The notes: generated by a model from the letters alone, not told the origin. 64,000 nucleotides of DNA from Candidatus Latescibacterota bacterium (GCA_965243025.1 CBDETY010000003.1:5792001-5856000); one strand, 5' to 3'; positions 49,452 to 60,197 are shown, numbered from the stretch's first letter. Made by a program: numbers and translations.

Positions 49452-52400
49452 TCAGGCACGAACGATCGCGAAGACGACGGTCTCCCCGTCGATGTCGCTT
49501 TCCTGGCGCAGCAGGGCCGTTCCGGGAAGTTCGTCAAGCCGAATCTCGATTGCCAACGTCTCCGCGGCAATGTAGCCGCTGTGGTGCCGGGTGGCCGACA
49601 CGACCGCTTCGGAACCGGCGGTCCACAGGCGGATCCGGTCCGATACCTCGAGGCCGGCAGCCTTGCGCATGTTCTGCACCCGGTTCACCACTTCGCGCGC
49701 CGTCCCCTCGCGGACCAGCTCTTCGTCGAGATTGACGTCGAGGCCGACGCACAGGTTGCCGTCGACGGCGACCACGACCCCCTCTTTCTCGCTGCGGGTC
49801 AGCTGCACGTCGCCAGCGCCGATGCTACCGCCGGCGACGCGGAGGCGCTCGCCTGCTTCCAGGCGCGCCACCTCGGCGCGGGTCAGCTTCTCGATGAAGG
49901 CGGCCGCCTCCTTGACGCGCTTGCCGAAACGGGGTCCGAGAGCGCGGTAGTTTGCCTTGCAGGAGACCTCGCTGATCTCCGCCTCGTCCTCGACGAAAAC
50001 GACCTCCTTGACGTTGAGCTCGTCGGCGACGAGGTCGGCAAGGGCGGCGAGCATCTCCCCTCCGGTGTCGTCCGGGGGGAGCAGCAGCAGGCGGCCGAGG
50101 GGCTGGCGGATCCTGATCTCGTGCCTGCTGCGCAGGGAGCGCCCCAGGGCAACCGCCCGGGCGGCCAGCGCCATCTGCTCCTCGAGGCCGGAATCGCGCA
50201 TCTCCTCGTCAGCGGCGGGCATGTCGCACAGGTGCACGCTCACCGGAGCGTCGCGGTCCCATGAGCGCACCAGGTTCTGGTAGATCTTCTCGGTCGCGAA
50301 CGGCAGCACCGGCGCCAGGCTCTTCACGAAGGTTACCAGCACGCGGTAGAGGGTGGCGTACGCCGACGCCTTGTCGTCGTCGTCCTCCGATTTCCAGAAG
50401 CGGCGGCGGCTGCGGCGGATGTACCAGTTGGTGAGCTTCTCGACGAAGGCGACCATGGCCGGCACCGTCCGGTACAGGCGGTAGGCCTCCATCTCGGCGT
50501 TGATGTCGTGGACGAGTGTCTGCAGCTCCGAGAGGATCCAGCGGTCGAGCAGGTTCTCCGCCCCCGGGTCGCGCCCCCCGGCCGGGGACCAGCGGTCGAC
50601 CTCGGCGTAGGTGACGAAGAAGCTGTAGGCGTTCCACAGCGGAATGATGACGTCGCGCAGACTCTGCCTGATGCCGGTCTCGGTCAGGCGCATCTCCTCG
50701 GCTTTCAGGGCCGGAGAGTTCAGCAGGTACAGGCGCAGCGCGTCGGCCCCGTAGAGTTCGAGCATCTCCGTCGGCTCGGGGTAGTTCTTCAGCCGCTTGC
50801 TCATCTTGCGGCCGTCTTCGGCGAGCAGCATGCCGGTTACGATGCAGTTGCGGTACGCCGGCTTGTCGAACAGGGCCGCGGCGAGGATGGTCAGGGTGTA
50901 GAACCAACCGCGCGTCTGGTCGAGCGACTCGGTGATGAAGTCGGCGGGGAAGTTCTGCTCGAAGAACTCGCGGTTCTCGAACGGATAGTGGTTCTGCGCG
51001 TACGGCATCGACCCGGATTCGAACCAGCAGTCGAGCACCGCGGGGACTCTCTTCAGCACCCCGTTGCCCGACGGCGCCGGGATCTCGATGTGGTCGACGA
51101 ACTGCTTGTGCAGGTCGGTGACCGTCCGTCCGCTGAGCCGTTCGAGCTCATCGACGCTGCCGACGCAGACCGCTTCCCCGGTTTCGTCGTTGCGCCAGAC
51201 CGGCAGCGGCGTTCCCCAGTAGCGGTCGCGGCTGATGCACCAGTCGCGGGCCCCCTGCAGCCATTTTCCGAAGCGCCCGCCGCGGATGTGCTCCGGGATC
51301 CACCAGATCTGCTCGTTGGCGCGCAGCATCGCGTCCTTGACGCTCTCGACGCCGACGAACCAGCTCGAAATGGCGCGGTAGATCAGGGGGGACTCGCAGC
51401 GCCAGCAGAACGGGTAGGAATGCACCAGCGTGCTCTCGCTGAAAAGCTGCCCCCGGCGCCGCAGGGCGCGGATGATGTCGCTGTCGGCGTCCTTTACGAA
51501 GCGGCCGGCGTAGTCGCCGACGGCGCCCGTGAAGCGGCAGTCCTCGTCGATCGGGCAGACTGCGGGCAGTCCTTCCCGGAGGCCGAGCTGATAGTCGTCC
51601 TCGCCGAAACCGGGGGCGATGTGGACGACGCCGGTACCGTCGTCGGTCGACACGAAGTCCGCGGCGACGACGCGGAACGCGCCCTCGTTTCCGAGCCCGG
51701 CGAAACAGTCGAACAGCGGCTCGTAGCGGAGACCGAGCAGCGCCTCTGCAGGCTGCTCATCGACCGCGGCGATCTCGCTCTCGCGCTGGCTGAAGACCGC
51801 GTCGATGCGCTCGCGGGCGAGGATCAGCCGTTCGCCGCCGCGCAGCTGCACGCGGGCGTACTCGCAGTCGGTGGAGATCGCCAGGGCCATGTTGGCCGGA
51901 AGGGTCCAGGGCGTCGTGGTCCAGGCGAGGATCGAGGTGTTCTCCGCCCCCTTCACCCGGAAGCGGACCGTGATCGAAGGGTCCTGGGTGTCGCGGTACC
52001 CCTGGTTGACCTCGAAGTTCGACAACGCCGTGGCGCAGCGCGGACAGTAGGCGAGGGACTTGTAGCCCTCGTAGACGAGCCCGCTGTCCCAGAGGCGTTT
52101 GAATACCCACCAGACCGACTCCATGAACTCCGGGTCCATGGTGAGGTACTGGTTGTTCCAGTCGACCCAGCGCCCGACGCGGCGGACCAGCTGCTCCCAC
52201 TCCGCCGTGTAGCGCAGCACGAGGGAGCGGCAGTAGTCGTTGAAGCGCGGCACGCCGTACTCGAGGATGTCCTTGCGCGATTGAAGGCCGAGCTGAAGTT
52301 CCGCCTCGTTCTCCACCGGCAGGCCGTGACAGTCCCAGCCGAAGCGGCGCTCGACCCGGTAGCCGCGCATCGTCCAGTAGCGGGCAACCACGTCCTTGAC

Positions 52401-52625
52401 GATGGAAACCAGCAGGTGCCCGTAGTGGGGAAGGCCGCTGGCGAACGGCGGGCCGTCGTAGAAGACGAAGGGGTTGGACTCCGGTCTCGACTGCACCGAC
52501 CGCTCGTAGGCCGCTGTCTGTTCCCACAACTCCAGGGTTTCCCGCTCCTGGGCCGGGAAGTCGACCTGGGAGGGGACCGGATCGAAGATGGGGAACGGAC
52601 TCTGTTTGCGGGCGGTTTCCACCAT
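49452..52625 (-). CDS. ileS: Isoleucyl-tRNA synthetase (type 2)
   Basis: PPFASGLPHYGH, GWDCHGLP, WTTTPWTL, DQTRGWF, KMSKRLKN. Confidence 0.96.
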   Translation of the reverse strand: MVETARKQSPFPIFDPVPSQVDFPAQERETLELWEQTAAYERSVQSRPESNPFVFYDGPPFASGLPHYGHLLVSIVKDVVARYWTMRGYRVERRFGWDCHGLPVENEAELQLGLQSRKDILEYGVPRFNDYCRSLVLRYTAEWEQLVRRVGRWVDWNNQYLTMDPEFMESVWWVFKRLWDSGLVYEGYKSLAYCPRCATALSNFEVNQGYRDTQDPSITVRFRVKGAENTSILAWTTTPWTLPANMALAISTDCEYARVQLRGGERLILARERIDAVFSQRESEIAAVDEQPAEALLGLRYEPLFDCFAGLGNEGAFRVVAADFVSTDDGTGVVHIAPGFGEDDYQLGLREGLPAVCPIDEDCRFTGAVGDYAGRFVKDADSDIIRALRRRGQLFSESTLVHSYPFCWRCESPLIYRAISSWFVGVESVKDAMLRANEQIWWIPEHIRGGRFGKWLQGARDWCISRDRYWGTPLPVWRNDETGEAVCVGSVDELERLSGRTVTDLHKQFVDHIEIPAPSGNGVLKRVPAVLDCWFESGSMPYAQNHYPFENREFFEQNFPADFITESLDQTRGWFYTLTILAAALFDKPAYRNCIVTGMLLAEDGRKMSKRLKNYPEPTEMLELYGADALRLYLLNSPALKAEEMRLTETGIRQSLRDVIIPLWNAYSFFVTYAEVDRWSPAGGRDPGAENLLDRWILSELQTLVHDINAEMEAYRLYRTVPAMVAFVEKLTNWYIRRSRRRFWKSEDDDDKASAYATLYRVLVTFVKSLAPVLPFATEKIYQNLVRSWDRDAPVSVHLCDMPAADEEMRDSGLEEQMALAARAVALGRSLRSRHEIRIRQPLGRLLLLPPDDTGGEMLAALADLVADELNVKEVVFVEDEAEISEVSCKANYRALGPRFGKRVKEAAAFIEKLTRAEVARLEAGERLRVAGGSIGAGDVQLTRSEKEGVVVAVDGNLCVGLDVNLDEELVREGTAREVVNRVQNMRKAAGLEVSDRIRLWTAGSEAVVSATRHHSGYIAAETLAIEIRLDELPGTALLRQESDIDGETVVFAIVRA

Positions 52626-52693
52626 GTCGGTTGCCGGGCTGTCGCCTGCGGTGATTTCTGCTGTTCAGAAGCGGGCTTTGCGGGAATCGGGCC

Positions 52694-52984
52694 TTACACC
52701 CGGATGCTGCGCAGAAACCAGATGACTAACTGCAGCAGCAGGATCAGGAACAGAGGGGTGAAGTCCAGTCCCGTCGACCACAGGACATTGGGCACGTAAC
52801 GGCGCATCCTGGCGAGCGCGGGCTCGGTTACGGCGCGCAGAAACCTGACGATCGGGTTGTAGGGGTCGGGGTTGATCCACGAGATCACCACGGCGACGAT
52901 CACCACCCACGTGTATACGGTAAGCAACGAGGTGATGATCCCGATGACCCCCATCAGGAAATAACTGTGATCGAACAATGGCAA
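52694..52984 (-). CDS. yggT: YggT family membrane protein
   Basis: ISWINPDPYNPIVRFL..VTEP, LDFTP. Confidence 0.88.
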   Translation of the reverse strand: MPLFDHSYFLMGVIGIITSLLTVYTWVVIVAVVISWINPDPYNPIVRFLRAVTEPALARMRRYVPNVLWSTGLDFTPLFLILLLQLVIWFLRSIRV

Positions 52985-52987
52985 CTC

Positions 52988-53683
52988 CTATGGCGCTGCT
53001 CGCGGTCCGAATATCGCCGTTCCCACCCGCACCATCGTGGCACCCTCCTCGATGGCGATTTCGAAGTCGCCGCTCATTCCCATTGACAGGACGGAGGTCC
53101 CGACGCCTTCGATATCCGCCCTCGTCAAGTCTTCGGACAGGGAGCTCATGCGCGCGAAACAGGAGCGAAGGCGGGCTTCGTCCGAAGTGAACTCGGCGAT
53201 GGTCATCAACCCGAGTACCCGCAGATGCGACATCCCGGCGACCTGTTCCGCGAGGGCCAGGGTATCCTCGGGAGGAACACCCCCCTGCCCGGGTGCCCCC
53301 GAGCTGTTGACCTGAAGCAGCACGTCGAGCGAGCGCCCGGCTTGGACCGCACGCCGTTGCAGTGCGGCAGCCAGGCGCGTGCTGTCCACTGACTGCACGA
53401 CCTCGAACAGTTCCACCGCCCTGCCCGCCTTGTTCGACTGCAGGCGGCCGACCAGGTGCCAGGCAGCGGCAGATTGCACGCATCGCCGTTTCGATTGCGC
53501 CTCCTGGACCCGGTTCTCGCCGAGGTGGGTCACCCCGGCGGCAATCGCCGCCTCGATCTCCCCGGCAGTACGGGTCTTGCTTACGGCTACGAGCGTTATG
53601 TCGCTCCGCCGCCTTCCGGCGCGCTCCGCCGCCCCTGCGATTCGCTCCTCGACGGCCTGAAGATTGCGGGCGATCTCTTTCAC
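52988..53683 (-). CDS. yggS: PLP homeostasis protein
   Basis: VAVSKT, GENRVQE, HLVGRLQSNK, LSMGMSGDF, VRVGTAIFG. Confidence 0.93.
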   Translation of the reverse strand: MKEIARNLQAVEERIAGAAERAGRRRSDITLVAVSKTRTAGEIEAAIAAGVTHLGENRVQEAQSKRRCVQSAAAWHLVGRLQSNKAGRAVELFEVVQSVDSTRLAAALQRRAVQAGRSLDVLLQVNSSGAPGQGGVPPEDTLALAEQVAGMSHLRVLGLMTIAEFTSDEARLRSCFARMSSLSEDLTRADIEGVGTSVLSMGMSGDFEIAIEEGATMVRVGTAIFGPRAAP

Positions 53684-53864
53684 GAAGGCCTGGTCTGGTC
53701 GGGAAAACCGCAACTCTCCAATGTACGGATGCCCCCCTCGGAGGCACAATTTGAGGGGCCTCGCCGGGAGGCGGCCGCGTCCCGCAAATGCCTGGTTTCA
53801 GCTGACTGAAACCTATTGTCCGTCAGACGGAGGCAAGCGCGGTCCGCGTTTGTTGAAAAGGGCG

Positions 53865-55217
53865 TCAGCGCGCGGGGGAGCCGGTGGATTCGGCAGCCTT
53901 GCCCAGGGGGGGCTCGGCGGGTTGTTCGGGCTCGAAGAGGGCATGGTCCCGGGAGGGCAGGAACCGCCGCGCGAGCGCCGAAAGGAGGACGGCGTAAAGG
54001 AGCAGGTTGGCAATGGCGAACTGGCGAACCAGCTCGGAGAGGGGGTGCGCAAACAATGAAGCCACGCCCTCGGGCCTGCAGGCGATCTCGTACAGCAGCG
54101 CCCCCGCGGGCAGGAGCAGCAGGCCGTGGCGGCGGGAAAACCCGGCGCCGGCCATGGGAAGCGGATGCCAGGCGAGGGGGGCGGGCAGGCGCGCCGCGAC
54201 GACCGCGAAAAGCTGAAGGAGCAGCAGTTCGTACAGACCCGGAACCGGGGAGGTCGCCAGCCGTAGGGGGTCGAGGGAGGCTCCGGCGATGGCGAAGAAG
54301 ACCAGGCCTGCGGGTGCGCGGCCCGGCTCGAGCATCTGCCGCAGGCCGGTCCGGTCCAGGGAAGCGAGCACGACCCCGGCGCCCAGTCCGGCGATCAGTG
54401 CGAACAGGTGGGTGTCGCGGACGAGAATCCCCAGCAGCAGGAATCCCGCGCCAAGGGCGACAACCGATGCCGTGCGCGTGCCCGGGAGCCGGAGCCGCCA
54501 CAGCATCACGGCCAGGAGGGAGCCGGCTGCGGCCGAGGACCACAGGCGCAGCAGGACCGACCCGGGGGCGCCGTCAAAAGAATCCCTTTGCGCTGCGAAG
54601 AGCAGGGCCGCACTCAGAAGAACCAGGGCGAACGCCGAGCCGAGGGCGGCGGCCAGCACCGGCTCGTTTCTGCGCATCAGCGTCGATGCGACGATCGGTC
54701 CCCACAGGGCGGCCAGGGCGCCGAGGGCGAGGGCGGATTCGGTGGAGAGCCCTGCCAGCAGGATCGCGCCGCCCCCGAAAACCGCGGCCGTTCCCAGAGT
54801 CGACAGGAAGATCGCCAGGGGAAGGGGCGGTCTGCGCCGTTCCCAGCGAAGGTCGAGGCCGAGGCCGGCAAGGCAACCCAGCCACAACGCCGCAAGGGTG
54901 TAGGCGAGTTCGACGCTGCCGGAGGCAGCGGGAAGCACCGCCCGCATTCCTCCCTCTCCGAGGATCAGCCCGGCCGCCATCCAGCCGACGACGTCGGGGA
55001 GGCAGATGCTGCGGGCGACCTGTTGGGCGACGAAGGCGAAGGCCAGGAGCAGCCCGAGGGACCATGCGGCGTCGATATCCGGCCGCGGCTCGGGAGTCAC
55101 CAGCGCCATGAAGAGCAGCAGGCAGCACACCGCCCAGCGGGCGTTCAGGGGGAATTGCGCCGGGATTCCCAGGGAGGATCTCGCCCTGCGAAGCCCTCCG
55201 GTTCCCAACCTTTTCAT
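53865..55217 (-). CDS. Multi-pass membrane protein, cation:proton antiporter-like
   Basis: About 12 hydrophobic segments; LPDVVGWMAAGLILG, VFFAIAGASL. Confidence 0.6.
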   Translation of the reverse strand: MKRLGTGGLRRARSSLGIPAQFPLNARWAVCCLLLFMALVTPEPRPDIDAAWSLGLLLAFAFVAQQVARSICLPDVVGWMAAGLILGEGGMRAVLPAASGSVELAYTLAALWLGCLAGLGLDLRWERRRPPLPLAIFLSTLGTAAVFGGGAILLAGLSTESALALGALAALWGPIVASTLMRRNEPVLAAALGSAFALVLLSAALLFAAQRDSFDGAPGSVLLRLWSSAAAGSLLAVMLWRLRLPGTRTASVVALGAGFLLLGILVRDTHLFALIAGLGAGVVLASLDRTGLRQMLEPGRAPAGLVFFAIAGASLDPLRLATSPVPGLYELLLLQLFAVVAARLPAPLAWHPLPMAGAGFSRRHGLLLLPAGALLYEIACRPEGVASLFAHPLSELVRQFAIANLLLYAVLLSALARRFLPSRDHALFEPEQPAEPPLGKAAESTGSPAR

Positions 55218-55342
55218 CGGCGGGCCCTCCTCAGTTCAGCGCGGAGGGGACGCCGCTCAAGGTATTCTGACGGCGTCTCCATGGGGATCCCGGAAGCCGG
55301 GGTGCCGCATTTCCCAACTCCCCGGCGTGGGCCTGTCGGGGC

Positions 55343-58003
55343 CTACCTGCCGCTTCCGCCCCCGCGCTGCTGCCGCCGGGAGCGCTCCTGCCTCCGTTGC
55401 GAGCGCTCGTGACCGGCCAGCAGCACCGGGCTGGCGACGAACACGGAGGAGTAGGTCCCCACGAGGATACCGACGGCGAGGGTCAGGGTGAAGTCGCGAA
55501 TCACCTCGCCGCCCCAGACCATCAGGACGGTGACGGCGATCAGGGTTGTCAACGACGTAATCACGGTGCGGCTCAGGCACTCGTTGATGCTGATGTTGAG
55601 TGTGTCTCCGAACTCCGCCCGCATGCCGCCGCGCAGGTTTTCGCGGATGCGGTCGAAGACGACGATGGTGTCGTTGAGGGAATAGCCGACGATGGCGAGG
55701 ATCGCCGCGACCACCGCGAGAGTGATCTCGATGTCGAGAATCGAGAGCAGGCCGAGGGTGATGAGCACGTCGTGGGCGAGGGCGGCGACCGCGGCGATGC
55801 CGAACAGGAACTGTTTGAACCGCCAGGCCATGTAGACGAGGATCAGCGCCAGCGACACGATCACGGCGCGAACCGCCGCCCCGGTCAGCTCCTCGCCGAT
55901 CTTGGGACCGACCTTCTCCTGCCGCCGTACCCAGTCGGTCTCGGCGATGCTGCCTCCCAGCCCCGCCCTCAACACCTGCTTGATGCCGTCGGCTACGTCG
56001 GTGCCCGCCTCCGATTCGGTGACGCGGATCAGGATGTGCTCCGGCGCCCCGAACTGCTTGATCTCGCTCGAGCTGTAGTCGCGCGTCCCCTCTCCCAAGG
56101 GAACCGCCCCGAGATTGGAGCGGATCTCCTCGACCGTTACCGCGGGCTCGAAATGCAGCTCGAGCAGGGTGCCCCCGGCGAAGTCGATACCGGGGGTCAG
56201 CTTGTTTACCGCCGCCACCGAGACCAGCCCGACGGTCAGGACGGCGGCCGAAACGAGCATGGCGACCTTGCGGAAATTGATGAAGGGAATGCTGAGGTTC
56301 GACAGCACTCCGACCGGGCCGATGCTCAACGACTCGACCCGCTCCCTGGCGGTGTACAGCTCGAAAAGGCTGCGGGTGACGATGAGGGCCGTGAACAGGC
56401 TCGAGGCGATCCCGATGCACAGGGTGAGGGCGAAGCCGCGAATGGGGCCGGTGCCGAACTCGTAGAGGACGATGCCGACGATGAAGGTGGTGAGGTTGGC
56501 GTCGATGATGGCGGAGAGCGCGTTGCCGTAGCCGCTGTCGATCGCCGAGCGCACCGTCTTTCCCGAGCGCAGCTCCTCGCGGATGCGCTCGAAGATCAGC
56601 ACGTTGGCGTCGACCGCCATGCCGATGGTAAGGATGATACCGGCGATTCCCGGCAGGGTCAGGGTGGCATCGAAACCGGCGAGAACGGAAAACACGAAGA
56701 GGATGTTCAGGGCCAGGGCGACGTTGGCGACGAGGCCGGCGAAGCGGTAGTAGAGGAGCATGAAAACGGCGACGATGGTCATGCTGATCACCGCGGCCAC
56801 CCGCCCCTGCTCTATCGAGTCCTTACCGAGGGAGGGGCCGACGGTGCGGTCCTCGATCACCTCGACCTTGGCGGGCAGGGCCCCGGCGCGCAGCACGATG
56901 GCAAGGTCCTTCGCCTCCTCCTCGTTGCTGAGACCCGTGATTTCGGCGCGCCCGTTCTGGATCTTCGTCACCAGCTCCGGGGCCATGTACACGGCGCCGT
57001 CGAGAACGATGGCGAGGCGCTCGCCGATGTGGGCGCCGGTGATCTGACGGAAGAGGCGGACCCCTTCGTCCGTGGTCCACAAGGCGACGACAGGCTGCCC
57101 CAGCTGCTCGATCGCCTGACTGATCTGGACCTGGGCGTCGCCGATCATGTTGCCGGTCATCTCCGGTTTCTTGCGCACCAGAAACAGCTTCTGGAACAGC
57201 TGTCCCGGGACCCCCTCGGCCTTGCTGCTGAACAGGAACTCGACGTCCTCGGGAATGACGGCCCGGGCGCGGGGGTCTCCGAGGTGGGCCTTGACAGCGG
57301 GGATGTCCTCCACCCGGATGACGACGTCGTCGCGAAGGCCCTGCAGGAGCGACGACAGCTCGCGGTAACCGGGGTCTTCCTTCTCAGGCTCCTCGAACAG
57401 ACCGGCATCCTCGGTCTCGGTGTCGAACAGGCTGACCGGTTCCTCCCCGGCGGAATCCGCAAGGGCGGCCTCTTCCAGTTCCTGGTCGGCGTCCCCGGAC
57501 GAGGCCACGGTGTCTCCGGCGCCGGCGGCGAGCAGGCCGCTTATGCGCTGCAGCAGGCGGTTGCGGTCCTCGATCGGCTCGACGAGCTGGAACTCGAGAA
57601 GGGCGGTCTGTCCGATCAGGTTCTTGGCGCGTTCGACGTCCTGCAGCCCGGGGAGCTCGACGATGATGCGGTTGACTCCCTGGCGCTGAATGGTGGGTTC
57701 GGCGACACCGAACTGATCGACGCGGTTGCGGATGACTTCCTGCGCCCGCGCCACGGCGTCCTGCGCCTGCTCGTCAGTCATGCCCTCGATATCCACTTCC
57801 ATCACGAGGTGAATGCCACCCTGCAGGTCGAGTCCGAGTGTAATCGCGCGACCGTGGAGGTCGAAGTACTCGGCGGGGGAATTGAGCTTCATCTTCTCGC
57901 GGTCCGCGCTCGACATCCCGTACAAGTCGAGCGACGGGTACAGGTAGAAAGCGGCGACGGCTATCAACGCCAGGGTCAGGAGAGCTTTCCAGTTCTTTCT
58001 CAT
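55343..58003 (-). CDS. secDF: Fused protein translocase subunit SecDF
   Basis: LGLDLQGG, GMAVDANVLIFERIREE, GIDFAGG, GYSLNDTIVVFDRIRE. Confidence 0.95.
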   Translation of the reverse strand: MRKNWKALLTLALIAVAAFYLYPSLDLYGMSSADREKMKLNSPAEYFDLHGRAITLGLDLQGGIHLVMEVDIEGMTDEQAQDAVARAQEVIRNRVDQFGVAEPTIQRQGVNRIIVELPGLQDVERAKNLIGQTALLEFQLVEPIEDRNRLLQRISGLLAAGAGDTVASSGDADQELEEAALADSAGEEPVSLFDTETEDAGLFEEPEKEDPGYRELSSLLQGLRDDVVIRVEDIPAVKAHLGDPRARAVIPEDVEFLFSSKAEGVPGQLFQKLFLVRKKPEMTGNMIGDAQVQISQAIEQLGQPVVALWTTDEGVRLFRQITGAHIGERLAIVLDGAVYMAPELVTKIQNGRAEITGLSNEEEAKDLAIVLRAGALPAKVEVIEDRTVGPSLGKDSIEQGRVAAVISMTIVAVFMLLYYRFAGLVANVALALNILFVFSVLAGFDATLTLPGIAGIILTIGMAVDANVLIFERIREELRSGKTVRSAIDSGYGNALSAIIDANLTTFIVGIVLYEFGTGPIRGFALTLCIGIASSLFTALIVTRSLFELYTARERVESLSIGPVGVLSNLSIPFINFRKVAMLVSAAVLTVGLVSVAAVNKLTPGIDFAGGTLLELHFEPAVTVEEIRSNLGAVPLGEGTRDYSSSEIKQFGAPEHILIRVTESEAGTDVADGIKQVLRAGLGGSIAETDWVRRQEKVGPKIGEELTGAAVRAVIVSLALILVYMAWRFKQFLFGIAAVAALAHDVLITLGLLSILDIEITLAVVAAILAIVGYSLNDTIVVFDRIRENLRGGMRAEFGDTLNISINECLSRTVITSLTTLIAVTVLMVWGGEVIRDFTLTLAVGILVGTYSSVFVASPVLLAGHERSQRRQERSRRQQRGGGSGR

Positions 58004-58046
58004 CTTCTCACGTATCCATCGTTTCTTGTCCGCGGGATTCTTCCGG

Positions 58047-59075
58047 CTATTCCAGAGGATTCCGCGGGACTGTCATTTCCTTCAGCCGGCCGTCGAGGCC
58101 GGACGAAGCCCGGTGTCGGACGGCGCCGTCCTCGAGGAAGAAAACCACCGCCTCGGCCCGCGGGAGCGTCTCGACGAACCCGATGCCCTCGCCGGGTCCC
58201 ATTACGAAGGCGGCGGTCGCCAGGATATCGGCGTCGAGCGCGGTTTCCGTCCAAACGGAGGCGCTGATCGCCCTCGCGGCGGGGTATCCCGTGGCCGGGT
58301 CGAGCAGGTGGTGGTAGCGTCTCCCCTCGAACTCGAAAGCCTGCTCGTAATCTCCGGAAGTCGCCAGGGCCGGAAGTCCCACCTTCTCCGCTACCAGGTA
58401 GCGCTCGCGTTCCCTGGGATGCAGCAGGCCCAACCGCCAGTCGCTGCCGTCCGGCTTCTCTCCCCAGTAGCGGATGTCGCCGCCGGCCTCGACGAGACCC
58501 GCCTCGACGCCGGCATCCCGCAGCGCCTCGACGGCGCGGTCGACGGCGTATCCCTTGGCCGACCCGCCGAGATCGACCCGCATCCCCGGCGCCGACAGGA
58601 CGGTCCCGGCGGGGCCGGCCTGCACCAGGCGGAAGTCGACCAGGGCGCGGGCCGAGTCGACGAGAGCCGAATCGGGCGGTGCCACCGCCTCGGGAAAGTT
58701 CCACAGGGCCGTCAGGGGGCCGACGGTCGGGTCGTATGCCCCGCCGGTCCGGCGCGACCAGTGGAGGCACCGCTCCAACACGAACCCGAGTTCGGGCACC
58801 CCGCCGCCGGCACCGAGACTGCCGGCGCTGTTGAGGCGGCCGACGCCGCTTTCCGCCCGGTGGTTGCTCAGCGACGAATCGATGGCGTCGATCTGTTCGG
58901 CGGCCAGGGCAAAAAGTTCATCCGCTTCCTCCTCCCCGGCGTACAGCGCGATCCGCACGACCGTGCCCATGGCGACGTGGTGCTTTTCCACGGGAGACGC
59001 GACTTGGGCGGGGGGCAGCAGAAGAAACAGGAGAAGAAGCCCCGCGCCGCCCAGAAAGATGCGCGTCCATATCAA
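58047..59075 (-). CDS. apbE: FAD:protein FMN transferase
   Basis: AMGT, YDPTVGPL, DLGGSAKGYAVD, ATSGDYE, HHLLDPATG; TTGA coupling. Confidence 0.9.
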   Translation of the reverse strand: MIWTRIFLGGAGLLLLFLLLPPAQVASPVEKHHVAMGTVVRIALYAGEEEADELFALAAEQIDAIDSSLSNHRAESGVGRLNSAGSLGAGGGVPELGFVLERCLHWSRRTGGAYDPTVGPLTALWNFPEAVAPPDSALVDSARALVDFRLVQAGPAGTVLSAPGMRVDLGGSAKGYAVDRAVEALRDAGVEAGLVEAGGDIRYWGEKPDGSDWRLGLLHPRERERYLVAEKVGLPALATSGDYEQAFEFEGRRYHHLLDPATGYPAARAISASVWTETALDADILATAAFVMGPGEGIGFVETLPRAEAVVFFLEDGAVRHRASSGLDGRLKEMTVPRNPLE

Positions 59076-60040
59076 TTTTTGCGTTCGACCACGAGGCGCG
59101 CCGCCGTTTCGAGGATGGCCAGGGGCACCGAGGGCTCCAGACCCTTCAGGCACTCCCGGGCCATGCCGGCGTAACGTCGGGCCTCCTCGGCCGCCGAGCC
59201 GATCCCGCCCTGTGTCTCGACGAAGTTCACGACCTCCTCCCAGTCGGATTCCGCCTGATCCTCGCGCCGGAGAATCGCCTCGATCCGCTGGCGCTCGCCG
59301 TCGCGTGCGGAGGCGAGGGCGCGAATCAGCGGCAGGGTGATCTTGCCCTCCCGCAAATCGGAGCCGACCGGCTTGCCCATGGTGTCTGCGTCTCCGGTGA
59401 AATCGAGCATGTCGTCGGCGATCTGGAAGGCGAGCCCGAGGTACTCGCCGTATTTGCCCAGGGCTTCCGCCGTCCCTTCAGGCGCCCCGGCGATCAGGGG
59501 ACCGATCCTGCAGGAGGCCGAGATCAGCGAGGCGGTCTTGTCCCCCACCATGGCGAAGTAGGAGGACTCCCTCGTATCGCGCTGCAACGAGATCTGGGAC
59601 TCGTGGATCTCTCCCTGAATGAGGCGTTCGGTGGCCCCTGAAACCGCGGCCAGGGCATCCCGGTTGCCGAGGCCGACGAGCAGGGAGAGTGCGCGGGCGA
59701 ACAGAAAGTCCCCGAACATCACCGCGGTGTGGTCGTTCCACTTGGAGTTTACCGACGGCTTGCCCCGCCGCGTTTCGGCGCGGTCGACCACGTCGTCGTG
59801 GATCATGGTGGCGGCGTGGATCATCTCGACGGCGACTCCGGCGTCGATGACGCGATCGTCCCACGAACCGGCCGCCTTGGTACAGACCACCGCCAGGGCC
59901 GGCCGCAGTCTCTTCCCCTTGAGGGCGGCCATGTAGCGGGCCACCTGGTGCACCATTTCGACGTCGGACCGCAACATTTCGTCGAGGCGGCGCTCGAAGA
60001 GGTCGATCTCTTTCTGAATGGGGCCGAGGAGCTGGTCCAT
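59072..60040 (-). CDS. Long-chain polyprenyl diphosphate synthase (IspB/HepT-like)
   Basis: GKRLRP, HDDVVD...RRG, FQIADD, GKPVGSDLREGKITLP. Confidence 0.92.
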   Translation of the reverse strand: MDQLLGPIQKEIDLFERRLDEMLRSDVEMVHQVARYMAALKGKRLRPALAVVCTKAAGSWDDRVIDAGVAVEMIHAATMIHDDVVDRAETRRGKPSVNSKWNDHTAVMFGDFLFARALSLLVGLGNRDALAAVSGATERLIQGEIHESQISLQRDTRESSYFAMVGDKTASLISASCRIGPLIAGAPEGTAEALGKYGEYLGLAFQIADDMLDFTGDADTMGKPVGSDLREGKITLPLIRALASARDGERQRIEAILRREDQAESDWEEVVNFVETQGGIGSAAEEARRYAGMARECLKGLEPSVPLAILETAARLVVERKN

Positions 60041-60124
60041 GTGAGGTCGGAAATGCCGCGAACAGGCGGCCGGCAATGGCGCCGGCTTCTACAAAACAGC
60101 GTCTGAAGGGCGGAAAGTTCGGTG

Positions 60125-60157
60125 ATTATAAAGAAAGGCAGATAGGTGGAGTGTCAA
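60125..60157 (-). promoter_or_regulatory. Promoter-like element upstream of polyprenyl synthase
   Basis: Perfect TTGACA and TATAAT on the minus strand, but separated by 21 nt. Confidence 0.4.
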
Positions 60158-60197
60158 AAATGGCGGGGCGCGAGGGCCTTCCTGCCGCAACCGGGGA

